Assembly (NCBI GenBank): GCA_964498425.1
Contig: CAZCGQ010000004.1
Location: forward strand, 24,210 to 88,209
DNA from: an uncultured Gammaproteobacteria bacterium
GTDB lineage: Bacteria > Patescibacteriota > Microgenomatia > UBA12405 > JAHJSD01
Direction of reading: 5' to 3'
Length of the DNA stretch: 64,000 bases
Shown: in pieces, positions 18,591 to 29,239 of the stretch
Position numbering within the stretch: the first letter of the stretch is position 1
How the letters are laid out: each line of letters begins with the position of its first letter
Program-made: the position numbers and the translations under genes
Notes under the pieces: generated by a model
What the model saw: the letters and a program-made list of their open reading frames with translations, nothing else
Told to the model about the DNA's origin: nothing
Database searches by the model: none

Positions 18591-19608
18591 ACTTAATTTA
18601 GAAAACTTTAGAAATTATTCAAGGAAATTTGTCTTTTCTCCCCAATTAAATTTGATTATCGGCCAAAATACTGCTGGTAAAACAAACTTGCTGGAATCAA
18701 TTTTTTTACTTGCCTCAGGTGAAAGCTTTCGAGCAACCAGAAACGAAGAAATGATTCGCTGGGGTGAAAATCTGGCTTTAATTGAAGGTACGGTTAATGA
18801 CGAATTTTTAAAGATAGCTATTCAATCCGACCAAGGTGAAGTAGCCAAGCAGTTTTGGGTAGAAGGGGTTGATAAAAAGAAATCACAGTTAATCAAGCAT
18901 TTTAGTGCGGTGATTTTTCGACCGGAAGATATTCGGATGATTCAGGGTTCTCCCGGACGGCGGCGTGACTTTTTAGACGATGTTTGGTCTAGCTGGAGTT
19001 GGGAATATCAACAACCGTTGATAACTTACAACAAGGCGGTTACACGACGGAATAAGGTTTTGAGAAGAATCCAAGAAGGTCAAGCCAAGAAAGAAGAGCT
19101 TTATTTTTGGTCACAAACCCTCGAAAAAAATGGAGAAATTATTCGTCAGAAAAGAGAAGAATTTATAGACTTCGCCAATCGCTATTGGCAGGATAAAAGA
19201 TCAGAGTTCTCGCATTTGAAAGTGGATTATTTGTCCAGCCCGGTTACGGTTGACCTCCTTGAGGAGAGCTATCAGAAAGATTTGAATATGGGGATTACAA
19301 CCATTGGTCCTCAGCGCGACGACTTTGTTGTTAAAAGTAAGGAATTTGGTGACCAACCTAAAGATGTTGCTACTTGGGGATCACGCGGCCAGCAACGTTT
19401 GGCTACCTTAGCTTTGAAGCTGGCTCAGCTTGCTTTTATCGAAGATCAACAAGGTAAAAAGCCAGCTCTATTGCTGGACGATATTTTTTCCGAGCTTGAT
19501 CAAGACAATCAAGAACTGGTTGTTTCTCTCTTGCCCCGCTACCAGACCTTTCTTACCACTACCGAAGATATCATCGTTCCCTTCCAAGCCGAAGTAATCA
19601 AAATCTAA
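18577..19608 (+). CDS. recF: DNA replication and repair protein RecF
   Basis: MKLNKLNLENFRNY...LIIGQNTAGKTNLLESIFLLASGESFR (Walker A) and C-terminal ALLLDDIFSELD (Walker B/D-loop). The start overlaps the rplY stop. Confidence 0.8.
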   Translation: MKLNKLNLENFRNYSRKFVFSPQLNLIIGQNTAGKTNLLESIFLLASGESFRATRNEEMIRWGENLALIEGTVNDEFLKIAIQSDQGEVAKQFWVEGVDKKKSQLIKHFSAVIFRPEDIRMIQGSPGRRRDFLDDVWSSWSWEYQQPLITYNKAVTRRNKVLRRIQEGQAKKEELYFWSQTLEKNGEIIRQKREEFIDFANRYWQDKRSEFSHLKVDYLSSPVTVDLLEESYQKDLNMGITTIGPQRDDFVVKSKEFGDQPKDVATWGSRGQQRLATLALKLAQLAFIEDQQGKKPALLLDDIFSELDQDNQELVVSLLPRYQTFLTTTEDIIVPFQAEVIKI

Positions 19609-19620
19609 CCCGCACCATAG

Positions 19621-19668
19621 TTCTCGCCGTGCCCGCCAAAACTGGAGTCAAAGGCGACTGTGGATGGG
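19621..19668. repeat. ~48-nt GC-rich repeat element (copy 1), also present at 29686-29734
   Basis: ttctcgccgtgcccgccaaaactggagtcaaaggcgactgtggatggg versus ttctcgctgtgcccgccaaaactggagccaaaggcgactgtgggtgggg (about 94% identity). Confidence 0.6.
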
Positions 19669-19769
19669 ATCGAGAAAAAAAGTTACTACCTAAGTTATCC
19701 CTTTATTTTTGCCGGTTAGTTATTTTGGGATAGACGACTGATATGTTAGTATTAGTCATTCAATAGGAA

Positions 19770-20792
19770 ATGAGTAAGACAGCGATTATTACAGGAATTA
19801 CAGGTCAGGATGGCTCGCACCTCGCAGATTTTCTTCTAGAAAAAAACTACCAGGTTGTCGGAATGGTCAGACGAGTTAGTACTGAACCACCGAGTAGAGT
19901 TTCCGAGCACCTATGGAAAGAAGTGGAACAGTTTTCGGGGGATCTTTTAGATTCAGTTTCCATAGAGCGGGCAATCAAAAAATATCAGCCAGATGAGTTT
20001 TATAACTTGGCAGCCCAATCACATGTTGGAATGTCTTGGAAACAACCGGAGCTTACTTCAAAAATTAATTATTTTGGAGTTTCAAATTGCCTGAAGGCAA
20101 TCCAGGTTATTAAATCGGACACCAAGTTTTACCAGGCTTCAACCAGCGAAATGTTTGGCAAAGTTGTGGATGAAAGCCAAAATGAAGAAAGTCGCTTTTA
20201 TCCGCAAAGCCCATACGCTATCGCTAAGCTAGCCGCTCATTGGCTAACTATAAATTACCGTCAGTCTTATGACATGTTCACCGTAGCAGGTATACTTTTT
20301 AATCATGAAGGTCCGCGTAGAGGTTTAAATTTTGTTACTCATAAGATTAGCCATTACGCTGCTCGTTATAAATTGGGATTAACAGATAAACCGTTACAAC
20401 TAGGCAATCTTAACGCTAAGCGGGATTGGGGGTATGCTCCTGATTATGTTAGGGCGATGTGGATGATGCTTCAACAAGATAAACCCAATAATTATGTAGT
20501 AGGTACAGGTGAAACACATTCAGTAAGAGATTTTGTCAATGCCGCATTTAAGGCTATAAATGTAGAGTTAGTTTGGTCGGGAGAAGGAGTGGATGAAATC
20601 GCTAAAGGAAAGGAAACAGATGAGGTTATAGTTGAAGTTAATCCTGAATTTTTCCGGCCAGCAGATGTAGAAGTTTTAAAAGCTGACCCGACTAAAATAA
20701 AAAAAGAACTTGGTTGGGAACCAGAAGTAACTTTTGAGAAGCTGGTGGAAATCATGGTTAAGCATGATTTTGACTCGTTAAAAAGAGATTAA
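19770..20792 (+). CDS. gmd: GDP-mannose 4,6-dehydratase
   Basis: AIITGITGQDGSHLADFLLEKNYQVVGMVRR... and the YxxxK SDR catalytic region. 340 aa. Confidence 0.85.
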   Translation: MSKTAIITGITGQDGSHLADFLLEKNYQVVGMVRRVSTEPPSRVSEHLWKEVEQFSGDLLDSVSIERAIKKYQPDEFYNLAAQSHVGMSWKQPELTSKINYFGVSNCLKAIQVIKSDTKFYQASTSEMFGKVVDESQNEESRFYPQSPYAIAKLAAHWLTINYRQSYDMFTVAGILFNHEGPRRGLNFVTHKISHYAARYKLGLTDKPLQLGNLNAKRDWGYAPDYVRAMWMMLQQDKPNNYVVGTGETHSVRDFVNAAFKAINVELVWSGEGVDEIAKGKETDEVIVEVNPEFFRPADVEVLKADPTKIKKELGWEPEVTFEKLVEIMVKHDFDSLKRD

Positions 20793-20793
20793 A

Positions 20794-22185
20794 TTATCCC
20801 TTAATGTTTCCGATTGGGTGGAATTTGGCAATTGGGGTGGAAATGCCAGCGTCACTGACGGCTTTGATCACTTCGTCAATATCTTTGTAAGCGTGACCGC
20901 CTTCTTCGGCTAGCCCAGAGTAAGAGGCGGATTTGATATAGATCCCTTCATTTTCTAATTGTTGCTGTAATTGCTTCCCTTGTACTTCTTTTTTTGCCTG
21001 GGCGCGGGACTTAGTCCGGCCGGCTCCATGTGAAGTTGAACCAAAGGTTAATTTTTCCGCTTTCTTTGTTCCCAATAGTAAATAGGACGCGGTTTCCATT
21101 GACCCTCCGATAATAACTGGCTGACCGTCAAACGCCCGCGTCGCCCCCTTCCGGTGGACTAATATTTTGTTTTCTTCTTCTTTGTCACTTTTCACTTTTA
21201 ACTTTTCACTTTTAACTTCCAATTTTGCCATATTATGCGTCACGTCATAAACCAAATCCAACCCCAGCTTTTCCGGCTTAACTTGAAACACTTTGCCGAA
21301 AACTTGACGAGTTTTGTGCATTATTAACTGCCGATTGGCAAAGGCATAATTGGCGGCAGCATTCATTGCCTTAAAGTATTCTTGGCCTTCAGAAGTGTTA
21401 AACTCGGCATAAGGCATTGGCTCTTTATCGAGCTTTTTGGTGTAGTCAGTCGCTACTTGGTGGCCCAAACCTCTTGACCCGCAGTGGATCATTACCGTTA
21501 TCTGGCCCTCTTTTTCAATTCCTAATTCTTTGGCTTTTTTATCGTCAAATATTTTGGTTACCTTTTGAACTTCCAGAAAATGGTTACCGCTGCCGAGCGT
21601 TCCTAATTGCGGCCGGCCGCGGTTAATTGCTTTATCGGAAAGAGCATCCGGCTCAGCCGGCTTCATTTTCCCGCCATCTTCAGCGTGGCTCAAGTCTTCT
21701 TCTCGACCGTACCCCTTCTTAACGGCCCATTCCATTCCTTCAATTAAAACATCTTTTAATTCATCAGTTGTTAGTCTTATCCAGCTTTTTGAGCCTAGTC
21801 CTGCCCCAGCGATGTCAAACAAGCGATTAACTATTTTTTTAAGTTTTGGTTGAACGTCCTTTTCCATTAATTGGGTAGAAAGAAGTCTTACGCCGCAGTT
21901 GATGTCAAACCCAACAGCACCGGGAGAAATTACTCCGCCCTTGTTTGAATTGGTGGCAAAAACACAGCCAATTGGAACATCGTAGCCAATGTGAGTATCG
22001 GGCATTGCCCAAACTGGTTTAACCACTCCCGGCAAACTCGCCGCATTAGCCAGTTGATCAAAAACTTCCGGTTCAACCCCATTAATTATCTTCTTTGTCC
22101 CAATCACCCTCGCCGGAACTCGCATTCCCTCTTTAAAATCCTTTGCCAACTCCCAAACCGTCTCCGAAATCTGCTTTAACTCCAT
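20794..22185 (-). CDS. rtcB: RNA-splicing ligase RtcB
   Basis: Conserved RtcB blocks NCGVRLL, HCGSRGLGHQVATDY, VHRKGATRAF, SHGAGR. Contains an in-frame KVKSEKLKVKSDK tract (21184-21220) built from AAAAGTGAAAAG repeats. Confidence 0.85.
   Translation of the reverse strand: MELKQISETVWELAKDFKEGMRVPARVIGTKKIINGVEPEVFDQLANAASLPGVVKPVWAMPDTHIGYDVPIGCVFATNSNKGGVISPGAVGFDINCGVRLLSTQLMEKDVQPKLKKIVNRLFDIAGAGLGSKSWIRLTTDELKDVLIEGMEWAVKKGYGREEDLSHAEDGGKMKPAEPDALSDKAINRGRPQLGTLGSGNHFLEVQKVTKIFDDKKAKELGIEKEGQITVMIHCGSRGLGHQVATDYTKKLDKEPMPYAEFNTSEGQEYFKAMNAAANYAFANRQLIMHKTRQVFGKVFQVKPEKLGLDLVYDVTHNMAKLEVKSEKLKVKSDKEEENKILVHRKGATRAFDGQPVIIGGSMETASYLLLGTKKAEKLTFGSTSHGAGRTKSRAQAKKEVQGKQLQQQLENEGIYIKSASYSGLAEEGGHAYKDIDEVIKAVSDAGISTPIAKFHPIGNIKG
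21184..21220. repeat. AAAAGTGAAAAG / AAAAGTTAAAAG tandem tract inside rtcB (same flank motif as the mini-element, without the GC core)
   Basis: gtcacttttcacttttaacttttcacttttaacttcc, reverse complement gaagttaaaagtgaaaagttaaaagtgaaaagtgac. Encodes EVKSEKLKVKSD in frame. Confidence 0.45.
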
Positions 22186-22263
22186 ATACTATTATATAGC
22201 AGCCTTATCCTACTCCTTTTTCTTAGTTTCTATTCTCTGGTCTCTCCGGCCTTCGGCCGGCTC

Positions 22264-22292
22264 TTGACTTCTTCCTAGACTATACATATAAT
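22264..22292 (+). promoter_or_regulatory. Near-consensus sigma70-type promoter (TTGACT-N17-TATAAT) upstream of the 23S rRNA leader / candidate sRNA
   Basis: ttgact at 22264-22269, 17-nt spacer, tataat at 22287-22292. Preceded by the GC hairpin ccggccttcggccgg at 22246-22260. Confidence 0.4.
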
Positions 22293-22438
22293 ATGCCTAC
22301 CAGAAATTAAGTAGCTGGTGACCGGAGTTTCATGTCGGTTTTTTGGATATATCAAAAAAATGCAAAAAAATTTAAACTATCAAGTTTTCAGGCGAAAATT
22401 GCTGTAGCTTAAATCTACGTATTGATATATCTAGATAA

Positions 22439-22463
22439 CCGGGATGAATGTCCCGGTTTTTTC
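22439..22463 (+). terminator. Intrinsic-terminator-like hairpin plus T-run in the rRNA upstream region
   Basis: ccgggatgaatgtcccgg followed by ttttttc. About 150 nt downstream of the promoter at 22264-22292. Confidence 0.4.
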
Positions 22464-23073
22464 TTGCACTTTAACAAGTTATTGATGACGTAATATACCG
22501 TGCATCACATGTGTGTCTTTGACACACGTATTTCTCATGTGCTTTTTGCACATGAAATTAACCGTGTACCCTTTGTGGTACGCGGCCGGAACCCGCCTTT
22601 ATGGCGGGACACAATAATTCTAGTATTAAGGCAAAAGGTGGATACCTAGGTGGCAAGAGCCGAAGAAGGACGTGGTAGGCAGCGAAATATGTCGGGAAGG
22701 TGCCAAACAACCTTTGATCCGGCAGTGTCCGAATGGGGTAACCCACTCCTGTGTAAGCAGGAGGACTCCAACTTTAGTTGGAGAGGTAAGCTGGGGAACT
22801 GAAACATCTTATTACCCAGAGGAAAATAAAATTTCAATGATTCCCTTAGTAGCGGTGAGCGAAAAGGGATTAGCCCAAAGGTCGATTCGTCGACCGGTTG
22901 CAGGGTCCAGCCAAAAAATAATTCTAGCTAGCGGAAAACTTCGGAATAAGTTTCCAGAGAGGGTGAAAGGCCCGTACGCGAAAGCGCGAATTATTTAGGC
23001 GGATTCCTAAGTAGCTCCGACATAATCGGGGTGAATCAGGGGGAACCACTCCTCCAAGGCTAAATACTCTTGC

Positions 23074-23120
<47 letters not shown>

Positions 23121-24599
23121 GGGAGGGGAGTGAAATAGTATCTTGAAACCATTTGCTAACAAACAGAGAGAGTTCCGACCTTGTGTCGAGAATGATCTCG
23201 TGCTTTTTGGAGAACGAGCCGGCGAGTTTTCGTTGACTGCAGGTTTAACCGAGTCTGACTCGGGTAAGCGGAGGGAAACCAAGTTTGAATAGAGCGATAA
23301 GCAGTTAGCGTAAGACCCGAAACCGAGTGATCTAACCATGGGCAGGGTGATCTCTGACGAAAGTCAGGGGGAAGGCCGAACCAGTAGGGGATGCAAACCC
23401 TTTGGATGACCTGTGGTTCGTAGCAATATGCTAATCGTACTCGGAGATAGCTGGCTCTCCCCGAAATATATTTAGGTATAGCGTTCTATTGTCTCTTTCA
23501 GGGGTAAAGCCACTGGATGGGCGCAGGGTAGAAATACCTTGTGCTCAACCAAACTCTGAATACTGGAAGATTAAGTAGAACAAGTCGGTCTGATCGGGCT
23601 AAGCTGATCAGGCGAAAGGGAAAGAACCCAGACTCCCGTATAAGGTCCCTAAGTGTTTGCTAAGTGGCAAAGGAAGTGATTCGCCACAGACAGCCAGGAG
23701 GTTGGCCTAGAAGCAGCCATCCTTTAAAGAAAGCGTAACAGCTCACTGGTCGATGGCGAGTCGCGCCTAAAATTTAACGGGGCTAAGCAAACCACCGAAG
23801 ACGGAGTTCTGTACCATTTGGTGCAGGAGGTAGGGGAGCGTTCCCAGGGCGGTGAAGTCAAATCGTAAGGTTTGGTGGAGCGCTGGGAAGTGAGAATGCC
23901 GGCATAAGTAACTAGAATTCTGGTGAGAATCCGGAACGCCGAAAGCCTAAGGTTTCCAACGCAATGTTCGTCAGCGTTGGGTTAGGCGGGGCCTAACCCG
24001 AGTCCGTCAATTGACGGAGTAGGGGATGGACAGTCAGTTAATATTCTGACCCCACGGCTGTTTCGTTTTACTTAGGGAGTGACGCATTAGGATAAATCGG
24101 GTGGAGTAGTGAAATTGCTCCATTGATCAACCGAGTTAGTTTCAGCAGGCAAATCCGTTGAAATGTTTAAGGCAAGGTTGAACAGAACCCTGACCTTCGG
24201 GTCGTGGGAACTTGATCGATTTCTGATGCCGAGAAAAGCTTCGTAAGGAGAAACAGTTGTGCCCGTACCGCACAACCGACACAGGTAGGCAGGTCGAGTA
24301 GACCAAGGCGCGCGGGAAAAGGGAGGTTAAGGAACTCGGCAAAAAAGCTAGGCGTAACTTTGGGAGATGCCTTCCCTCGAGTTTTCGAGGGCACAGCTAA
24401 CGAGTGTTCGGCGACTGTTTACCAAAAACACAGGTCTCTGCAAACCCGTAAGGGGAAGTATAGGGGCTGAAGCCTGTCCAGTGCCGGAAGGTTAAGGGGA
24501 GTTGTTCGGTCGATTTTTCGACCGGGCGGCGAACTGAAGCCCCGGTGAACGACGGCGGTAACTCTAACCGTCCGAAGGTAGCGAAGTCCATTGTCGGGT

Positions 24600-25304
24600 A
24601 AGTTGGAACGAGCCCGTATTGGCTAATAACGGAAAAGCCCTAATTTAGGTTCAATGGCAACCGTTTTAGGATTAGGGTAATTGCGTGGGAAGTCCCGCAT
24701 CTGCGGGACCCCGTAACGACTTTTTTCGATTTTAATCGAAAAGGATAGATTTTGTGCCTATTTCAAGCTATGCTTAAGTTAGGCAAATCATGAAATCTAT
24801 AACACGCCAGTCACTGCTACAACAGGAATTGAATCCCAATTGGATTACTGGCTTAGTTGATGGTGAAGGATCATTTATGGTTCTTTTTAATCCAAATTCT
24901 AAGTTTAATACCAACTGGGAAGTCCGACCGAGTTTTGCTCTCTCCTTGAAAAAAGCGGATAAAAGTATTCTTTTAAGTTTAAAAGAATATTTTAAGTGTG
25001 GAAGTGTGCGTTTTTGTAAAACTGACTCTACTTACAAGTATGAGGTTAGAAGTTTACAAGATTTGCACTCTAGAGTAATACCACATTTTGATAAATATCC
25101 CCTTTTAATAAAGAGGAAAGAGTTCTTGGTTTTTAGGAAAGTTGTTTTTCTGATGAAGGCTAAAAAGCATTTAATGCCAGATGGTCTGAAAGAAATCTCA
25201 AGATTAGTTGGTTCAATTAATCGCGGGAGGGATAAGAAAAACTTTCCATCGTTGTAATTGGTGAAAGAGATAGTCTGCACCATTGGTAACAATGGAGGTT
25301 TGTG
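24600..25304 (+). mobile_element. Group I intron in 23S rRNA domain IV (insertion site equivalent to about E. coli position 1951) carrying a LAGLIDADG homing-endonuclease ORF
   Basis: Exon junction GUCGGGU|AAGUUCCGACC is restored when 24600-25304 is removed. The 5' exon ends in U and the intron ends in G (group I rule). Its 705-nt length accounts for the oversized 23S. The position was counted from the A2058 region by hand. Confidence 0.6.
24790..25257 (+). CDS. LAGLIDADG-family homing endonuclease (intron-encoded)
   Basis: NWITGLVDGEGSF motif at the N-terminus. 155 aa. Located entirely inside the 23S rRNA intron. Confidence 0.75.
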   Translation: MKSITRQSLLQQELNPNWITGLVDGEGSFMVLFNPNSKFNTNWEVRPSFALSLKKADKSILLSLKEYFKCGSVRFCKTDSTYKYEVRSLQDLHSRVIPHFDKYPLLIKRKEFLVFRKVVFLMKAKKHLMPDGLKEISRLVGSINRGRDKKNFPSL

Positions 25305-26383
25305 AAGTTCCGACCGGTATGAACGGCTTAACGACCGAACAACTGTCTACGACCTCTCACCCGGTGAAATTGAAATACCGGTAAAGATGCCGGTTAGTGA
25401 CGGCAGGACAGAAAGACCCCGTGGAGCTTAACTGAGGCTTAACGTTGGGAAAAATACTTTAATTGTTGAGAATAGGTGGGAGCCTTCGGGCGCCAGTGAA
25501 ATACCACTCTTTGAGGTATTGGACTCTAACCAATGTTCACTGCAAACGTGAACTGGGACGGCGTTTGGTTGTCAGTTTGACTGGGGCAGTCGTCTGCTAA
25601 AAAGTAACGCGGACGTACAAAGGTTGGCTTGGTCCGGCTAGAAATCGGACTGTAAGTATAAAGGCAAAAGCCAGCTTAACTGCGAGACCGACGGGTCGAG
25701 CTTGCAAAGCCACAAATATTTTGTTTGTGGGGATGCAACCGTGTACCTTTGGTACATGGAGGTGCGAAAGCAGGTCTTAATGATCTTCCGTCCCTTGTGG
25801 ATAGGGGCGGGACTTAACGGATAAAAGCTACCCCGGGGATAACAGCGTGGTCGGGCCCGATAGTCCATATTGACGGCTCGGATCGCGACCTCGATGTCGA
25901 CTTGGCGCATCCTGGCCCTGAAGAGGGGGCCAAGGGTTGGTCTGTTCGCCCATTAAAGCGCTGCGTTAGTTGGGTTCAGAACGTCGTAAGACAGTTCGGT
26001 CCATATCCGCCGTCACCGCACGATTTTTGAGAGGAGCTCACTACAGTACGAGAGGACCTAGTGGGAGGAACCTCTGGTGTGCCTGTTGTTCTGTCAAGAG
26101 CATTGCAGGGTAGCCATGTTCCTTCGGGATAACCGCTGAAAGCATCTCAAGCGGGAAGCCCACCTCAAGATAAGAAATCGATGACCGATTTATCGGTCTG
26201 AAGGCCTCCAGGAGACTACTGGTTATAGGTAGGAGGTGGAAGACCAGCAATGGTTTAAGCTGACCTATTCTTATTGGCCGACCTAGAATTTATTTTACAT
26301 CCGGTGCCACGTACCATTCGGTGCATGGCTAGCGTGATGCACTGTATACTATGTCATCAATACTTGTTGAGAGACAAGAAAAT

Positions 26384-26522
26384 CCGAAGCACGAAGCACG
26401 AAATCCGAAACAAATCCTAATATCAAATTATTAAGTTTTAAACATTAGAATTTATAATTTTGAAATTGTTTAGACCAAGTCAGACTTGGTTTCGAGTTTC
26501 GAAATTCAAATTTCGGATTTTT
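26384..26522. repeat. Intergenic repeat-family copies downstream of 23S rRNA (CGAAGCACGAAGCACGAAATCCGAAACAA ... TTTCGAGTTTCGAAATTCAAATTTCGGATTT) plus the ACCAAGTCAGACTTGGT hairpin
   Basis: aaaatccgaagcacgaagcacgaaatccgaaacaa at 26384-26420, hairpin gaccaagtcagacttggtt at 26473-26491, ggtttcgagtttcgaaattcaaatttcggattttt at 26486-26522. Confidence 0.55.
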
Positions 26523-26552
26523 CTAAAAACTGAAAGGAGAATTAATTAATCA

Positions 26553-27698
26553 ATGCCAAAAAAGAAAAAGAAAAAAGAAAGGGCTAAAGGCGAAAAGCTA
26601 AAGGCTGAAAGCAAGAAAGCAAAAAGCTCGGAGCCGCAGACAATGGAGGAGCTTTTGGCTCAAACAGAAGAAAAAATTAGCGGACTTAAACGAAAAGAAT
26701 ATATTATCGGTACTTTAGCCGATAAGCGTAAAAACACTATCTACTTCGATATTGGCGCAAAAACAGAAGGAATTGTCACCGGTAAAGAACTTAAGCGGGT
26801 TCAGGATTTTGCTGATCAACTGGAAATTGGTGACGAAGTTGAAGTTCAAGTCCGAGTGCCTGAAAATGACCGTGGGCAAACCCTTCTCTCCCTTCGCAAA
26901 GCGGCTGTTGATTCCGCCTGGGAATTTTTCCAAGAGAAAAAGGAAACTGGTGAAGCCATTGAGGTTTACGGTAAAGAAGAAAGTCACGGCGGATTGGTTG
27001 TTAGAGCACCTCACGGTCGGCTTGGTTTTATTCCCGGTTCGCAAATTGGCGAAAAATATGACCAGGATGCCAGGAATATGGTTGGTAAAAATGTAGAAGT
27101 TAAGGTTTTAGAAGTTAAACGTGACCAAAACAGGCTGGTTTTTTCTGAACGCCTAGTTTCCGAGCCGGAAGTGGTTAAAGAAGAAAAAGAATTAATTGAG
27201 AGTATTGAGGAAGGCGATAAATTCAAAGCGGAAGTTGCTCGGGTTGAGCCTTTTGGCCTTTTTGTTGAGATTCAAAAAGACGATACTACTCTGGAAGGGT
27301 TAGTTCATATCTCTGAAATTTCTTGGGAGAAGGTCAATAATCTTCAAGAAAAATATGAGGTTGGAGATGAAGTTGAAATTGTTCTGATTAATAAAAAAGG
27401 CGACCGCCTGCAGTTTTCAATTAAGCGGCTTAATCCAGATCCTTGGGAAGGAATTGAAGAAAAGTATCCTGAGGAAGAACAGTTCAAGGGCGAAGTTGTT
27501 CGTAAGGCCAGTTTCGGAGCCTTGGTTCGGTTAGAGCCTGGAATTGAGGGACTAATTCATATTTCCAAAATTCCACCAGATGTTGATTTAGAAGTCGGTC
27601 AAGAAGTTCAAGTTTATGTTGAATCATTGGATAAAGAGAAGCGTCGGCTTAGTCTTGGCCTCGTTCTCACCGGCGAAAAAATCCCGATTTATAAATAA
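26553..27698 (+). CDS. rpsA: Ribosomal protein S1-like protein (four S1 RNA-binding domains, K-rich N-terminus)
   Basis: Repeated S1-domain blocks (GIVTGKELKRV..., GGLVVRAPHGRLGFIPGSQIG, AEVARVEPFGLFVEI, GEVVRKASFGALVRLEPGIEGLIHISKI). Good RBS AAAGGAG. Confidence 0.7.
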   Translation: MPKKKKKKERAKGEKLKAESKKAKSSEPQTMEELLAQTEEKISGLKRKEYIIGTLADKRKNTIYFDIGAKTEGIVTGKELKRVQDFADQLEIGDEVEVQVRVPENDRGQTLLSLRKAAVDSAWEFFQEKKETGEAIEVYGKEESHGGLVVRAPHGRLGFIPGSQIGEKYDQDARNMVGKNVEVKVLEVKRDQNRLVFSERLVSEPEVVKEEKELIESIEEGDKFKAEVARVEPFGLFVEIQKDDTTLEGLVHISEISWEKVNNLQEKYEVGDEVEIVLINKKGDRLQFSIKRLNPDPWEGIEEKYPEEEQFKGEVVRKASFGALVRLEPGIEGLIHISKIPPDVDLEVGQEVQVYVESLDKEKRRLSLGLVLTGEKIPIYK

Positions 27699-27747
27699 TT
27701 ATTTAACTTTTTAGTCATTAGTCATCAATCATCAATCATTTCTTAAT

Positions 27748-28305
27748 GTGACCAAAGCAGGAAATTTACCAAAAGGAAAATACATTCTATACCGCGGCGA
27801 GCCGCGGGAAGTGGTTAAGCGAACTAAGGCCCATCACGGTCGGGGTTCAGCCCAAGCTCGTTTATGGCTGAAAAGTTTAATTTCCGGCAATACAATTCAA
27901 GAAGGTTTTACCGTTGATGAAGAACTAGAAGAGATTGATATCACCTTTCGTTCCGGCCAGTATTTGTATAAGCAGGGCGATACATTTATCTTCATGGACC
28001 AGGAAACCTATCACCAATACGAAGTTGATAAGAAAGTGATTGGTAACGCTGGAAACTATTTAATTGAAGGAGAAAAATATCAGTTAGGAATTTATGATGA
28101 CGAAGTTATTTCAATTCGCCTGCCTCAAAAGGTTGTTTTAGAAATCAAGGAAACAACTGCCGGGGTAAAGGGAAATACTGTTTCCGGTGCAACCAAACCG
28201 GCTGTGCTTGAAACCGGTTTGACTGTAAAAGTTCCGCTTTTTATTAAGCAAGGCGAAAAAATAATCGTCAATACCGACTCCGGCGAATACGTCTCCCGTG
28301 CATAA
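27748..28305 (+). CDS. efp: Elongation factor P (GTG start)
   Basis: KAGNLPKGKYILYRGEPREVVKRTKAHHGRGSAQARLWLKSLISGNTIQEGF with the conserved KxxG modification loop. 185 aa. Confidence 0.85.
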   Translation: MTKAGNLPKGKYILYRGEPREVVKRTKAHHGRGSAQARLWLKSLISGNTIQEGFTVDEELEEIDITFRSGQYLYKQGDTFIFMDQETYHQYEVDKKVIGNAGNYLIEGEKYQLGIYDDEVISIRLPQKVVLEIKETTAGVKGNTVSGATKPAVLETGLTVKVPLFIKQGEKIIVNTDSGEYVSRA

Positions 28306-28406
28306 ATTGTTATCTTTTTTCTCGACCAGCCTTGCCGGCAGGCAGGTCGACGGAAAATAACTTCCTCGTTATGGGATCTTGCATTTAACTTTGATAGAAT
28401 CTGATT
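28263..28406. repeat. Direct repeat copy 1: efp 3' end plus downstream promoter-like intergenic region. It is duplicated at 29620-29784.
   Basis: atcgtcaataccgactccggcgaat...atcttttttctcg ... acggaaaataacttcctcgttatgggatcttgcatttaactttgatagaatct. About 85% identical to copy 2, apart from a swapped 25/47-nt middle segment. Confidence 0.7.
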
Positions 28407-28886
28407 ATGAACAAGAAACCAACGCGAGTTGCTGGGATTGTTATTAAAGACAGCAAAGTTTTGCTGATCAATCGCAAGAAAAACAACAAAGAATACTATG
28501 TTTTCCCTGGCGGAAGTGTAGAAGAAAACGAGACTAAAGAGAAAGCGCTAATTCGGGAACTAAATGAAGAAACAAGTGTTAAGGTCAAAATTGATCGGCT
28601 AGTTTATGTTCACGATTATCAAACCAGCCAGCAGTTCTACTACCTTTGTGATTATCAAGGCGGTCGGCCGCAGTTAGCTGGGGGAAGCATTGAAAAGCAG
28701 CGAATGAAAACAAAACATGACTTTTATCAGCCGGTTTGGATCAGTATTCCCAAATTACCTAAATTACTGTTGTATCCATTGGAAATCCGCGATTGGCTTA
28801 TTGTAGACATTAAAAATGGTTTTCCCAGCGAGCCAAGAAAAGCTAGTTTAAAAATCCCCGATTTGAGGCAGGACTTGGTAGAATAA
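28407..28886 (+). CDS. Nudix hydrolase
   Basis: Nudix box GGSVEENETKEKALIRELNEETSV. Confidence 0.7.
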   Translation: MNKKPTRVAGIVIKDSKVLLINRKKNNKEYYVFPGGSVEENETKEKALIRELNEETSVKVKIDRLVYVHDYQTSQQFYYLCDYQGGRPQLAGGSIEKQRMKTKHDFYQPVWISIPKLPKLLLYPLEIRDWLIVDIKNGFPSEPRKASLKIPDLRQDLVE

Positions 28887-28990
28887 TCCACGAAAATTTA
28901 CATCCTTGGGCTGTCGGACAGAGCTATTCTTACATCATGCGCCTCAAGGCATTTGACAAATCTCCTTACATTTGATAGTATCTCCTTACT

Positions 28991-29239
28991 ATGGTGCAGT
29001 TAGCGACTTTAACCAGCAAAAGGCAATTAACAATACCGGCTGAAATTTTCAGGAAACTGAGGCTAAGAGCTGGCCAAAAACTTATTGTTCGAGAAAAAGA
29101 GGGCGAAATTACTTTAACTCCGGCTTTAAATTTAGTTGAAAATTTAGCTGGTTCAGTAACAGTTCCAGCTAAGTATAAGGGCTTATCTGCTGATAAAATT
29201 ATAGATAGGTCGAAAAAAGATTACTTTTCTAAAAAATGA
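28991..29239 (+). CDS. AbrB/SpoVT-type antitoxin (VapB-like)
   Basis: 82 aa. N-terminal swapped-hairpin motif LTSKRQLTIPAEIFRKLRLRAGQKLIV. Overlaps the downstream PIN gene by 4 nt. Confidence 0.6.
   Translation: MVQLATLTSKRQLTIPAEIFRKLRLRAGQKLIVREKEGEITLTPALNLVENLAGSVTVPAKYKGLSADKIIDRSKKDYFSKK

Noticed and set aside
22200-22620. Looked for a 16S rRNA or tRNA upstream of the 23S
   Set aside because: The region is short and AT-rich, with only promoter and terminator-like signals. rtcB ends at 22185 on the opposite strand, so the 23S is unlinked from any 16S in this window.
26290-26400. Looked for a 5S rRNA gene immediately downstream of the 23S
   Set aside because: The trailer pairs with the 23S leader as a processing stem. 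No 5S-like helix I/loop C pattern of the TGCCTGGCGGC...GGGAACTGCCAGGCAT type is visible. 5S is presumably elsewhere.
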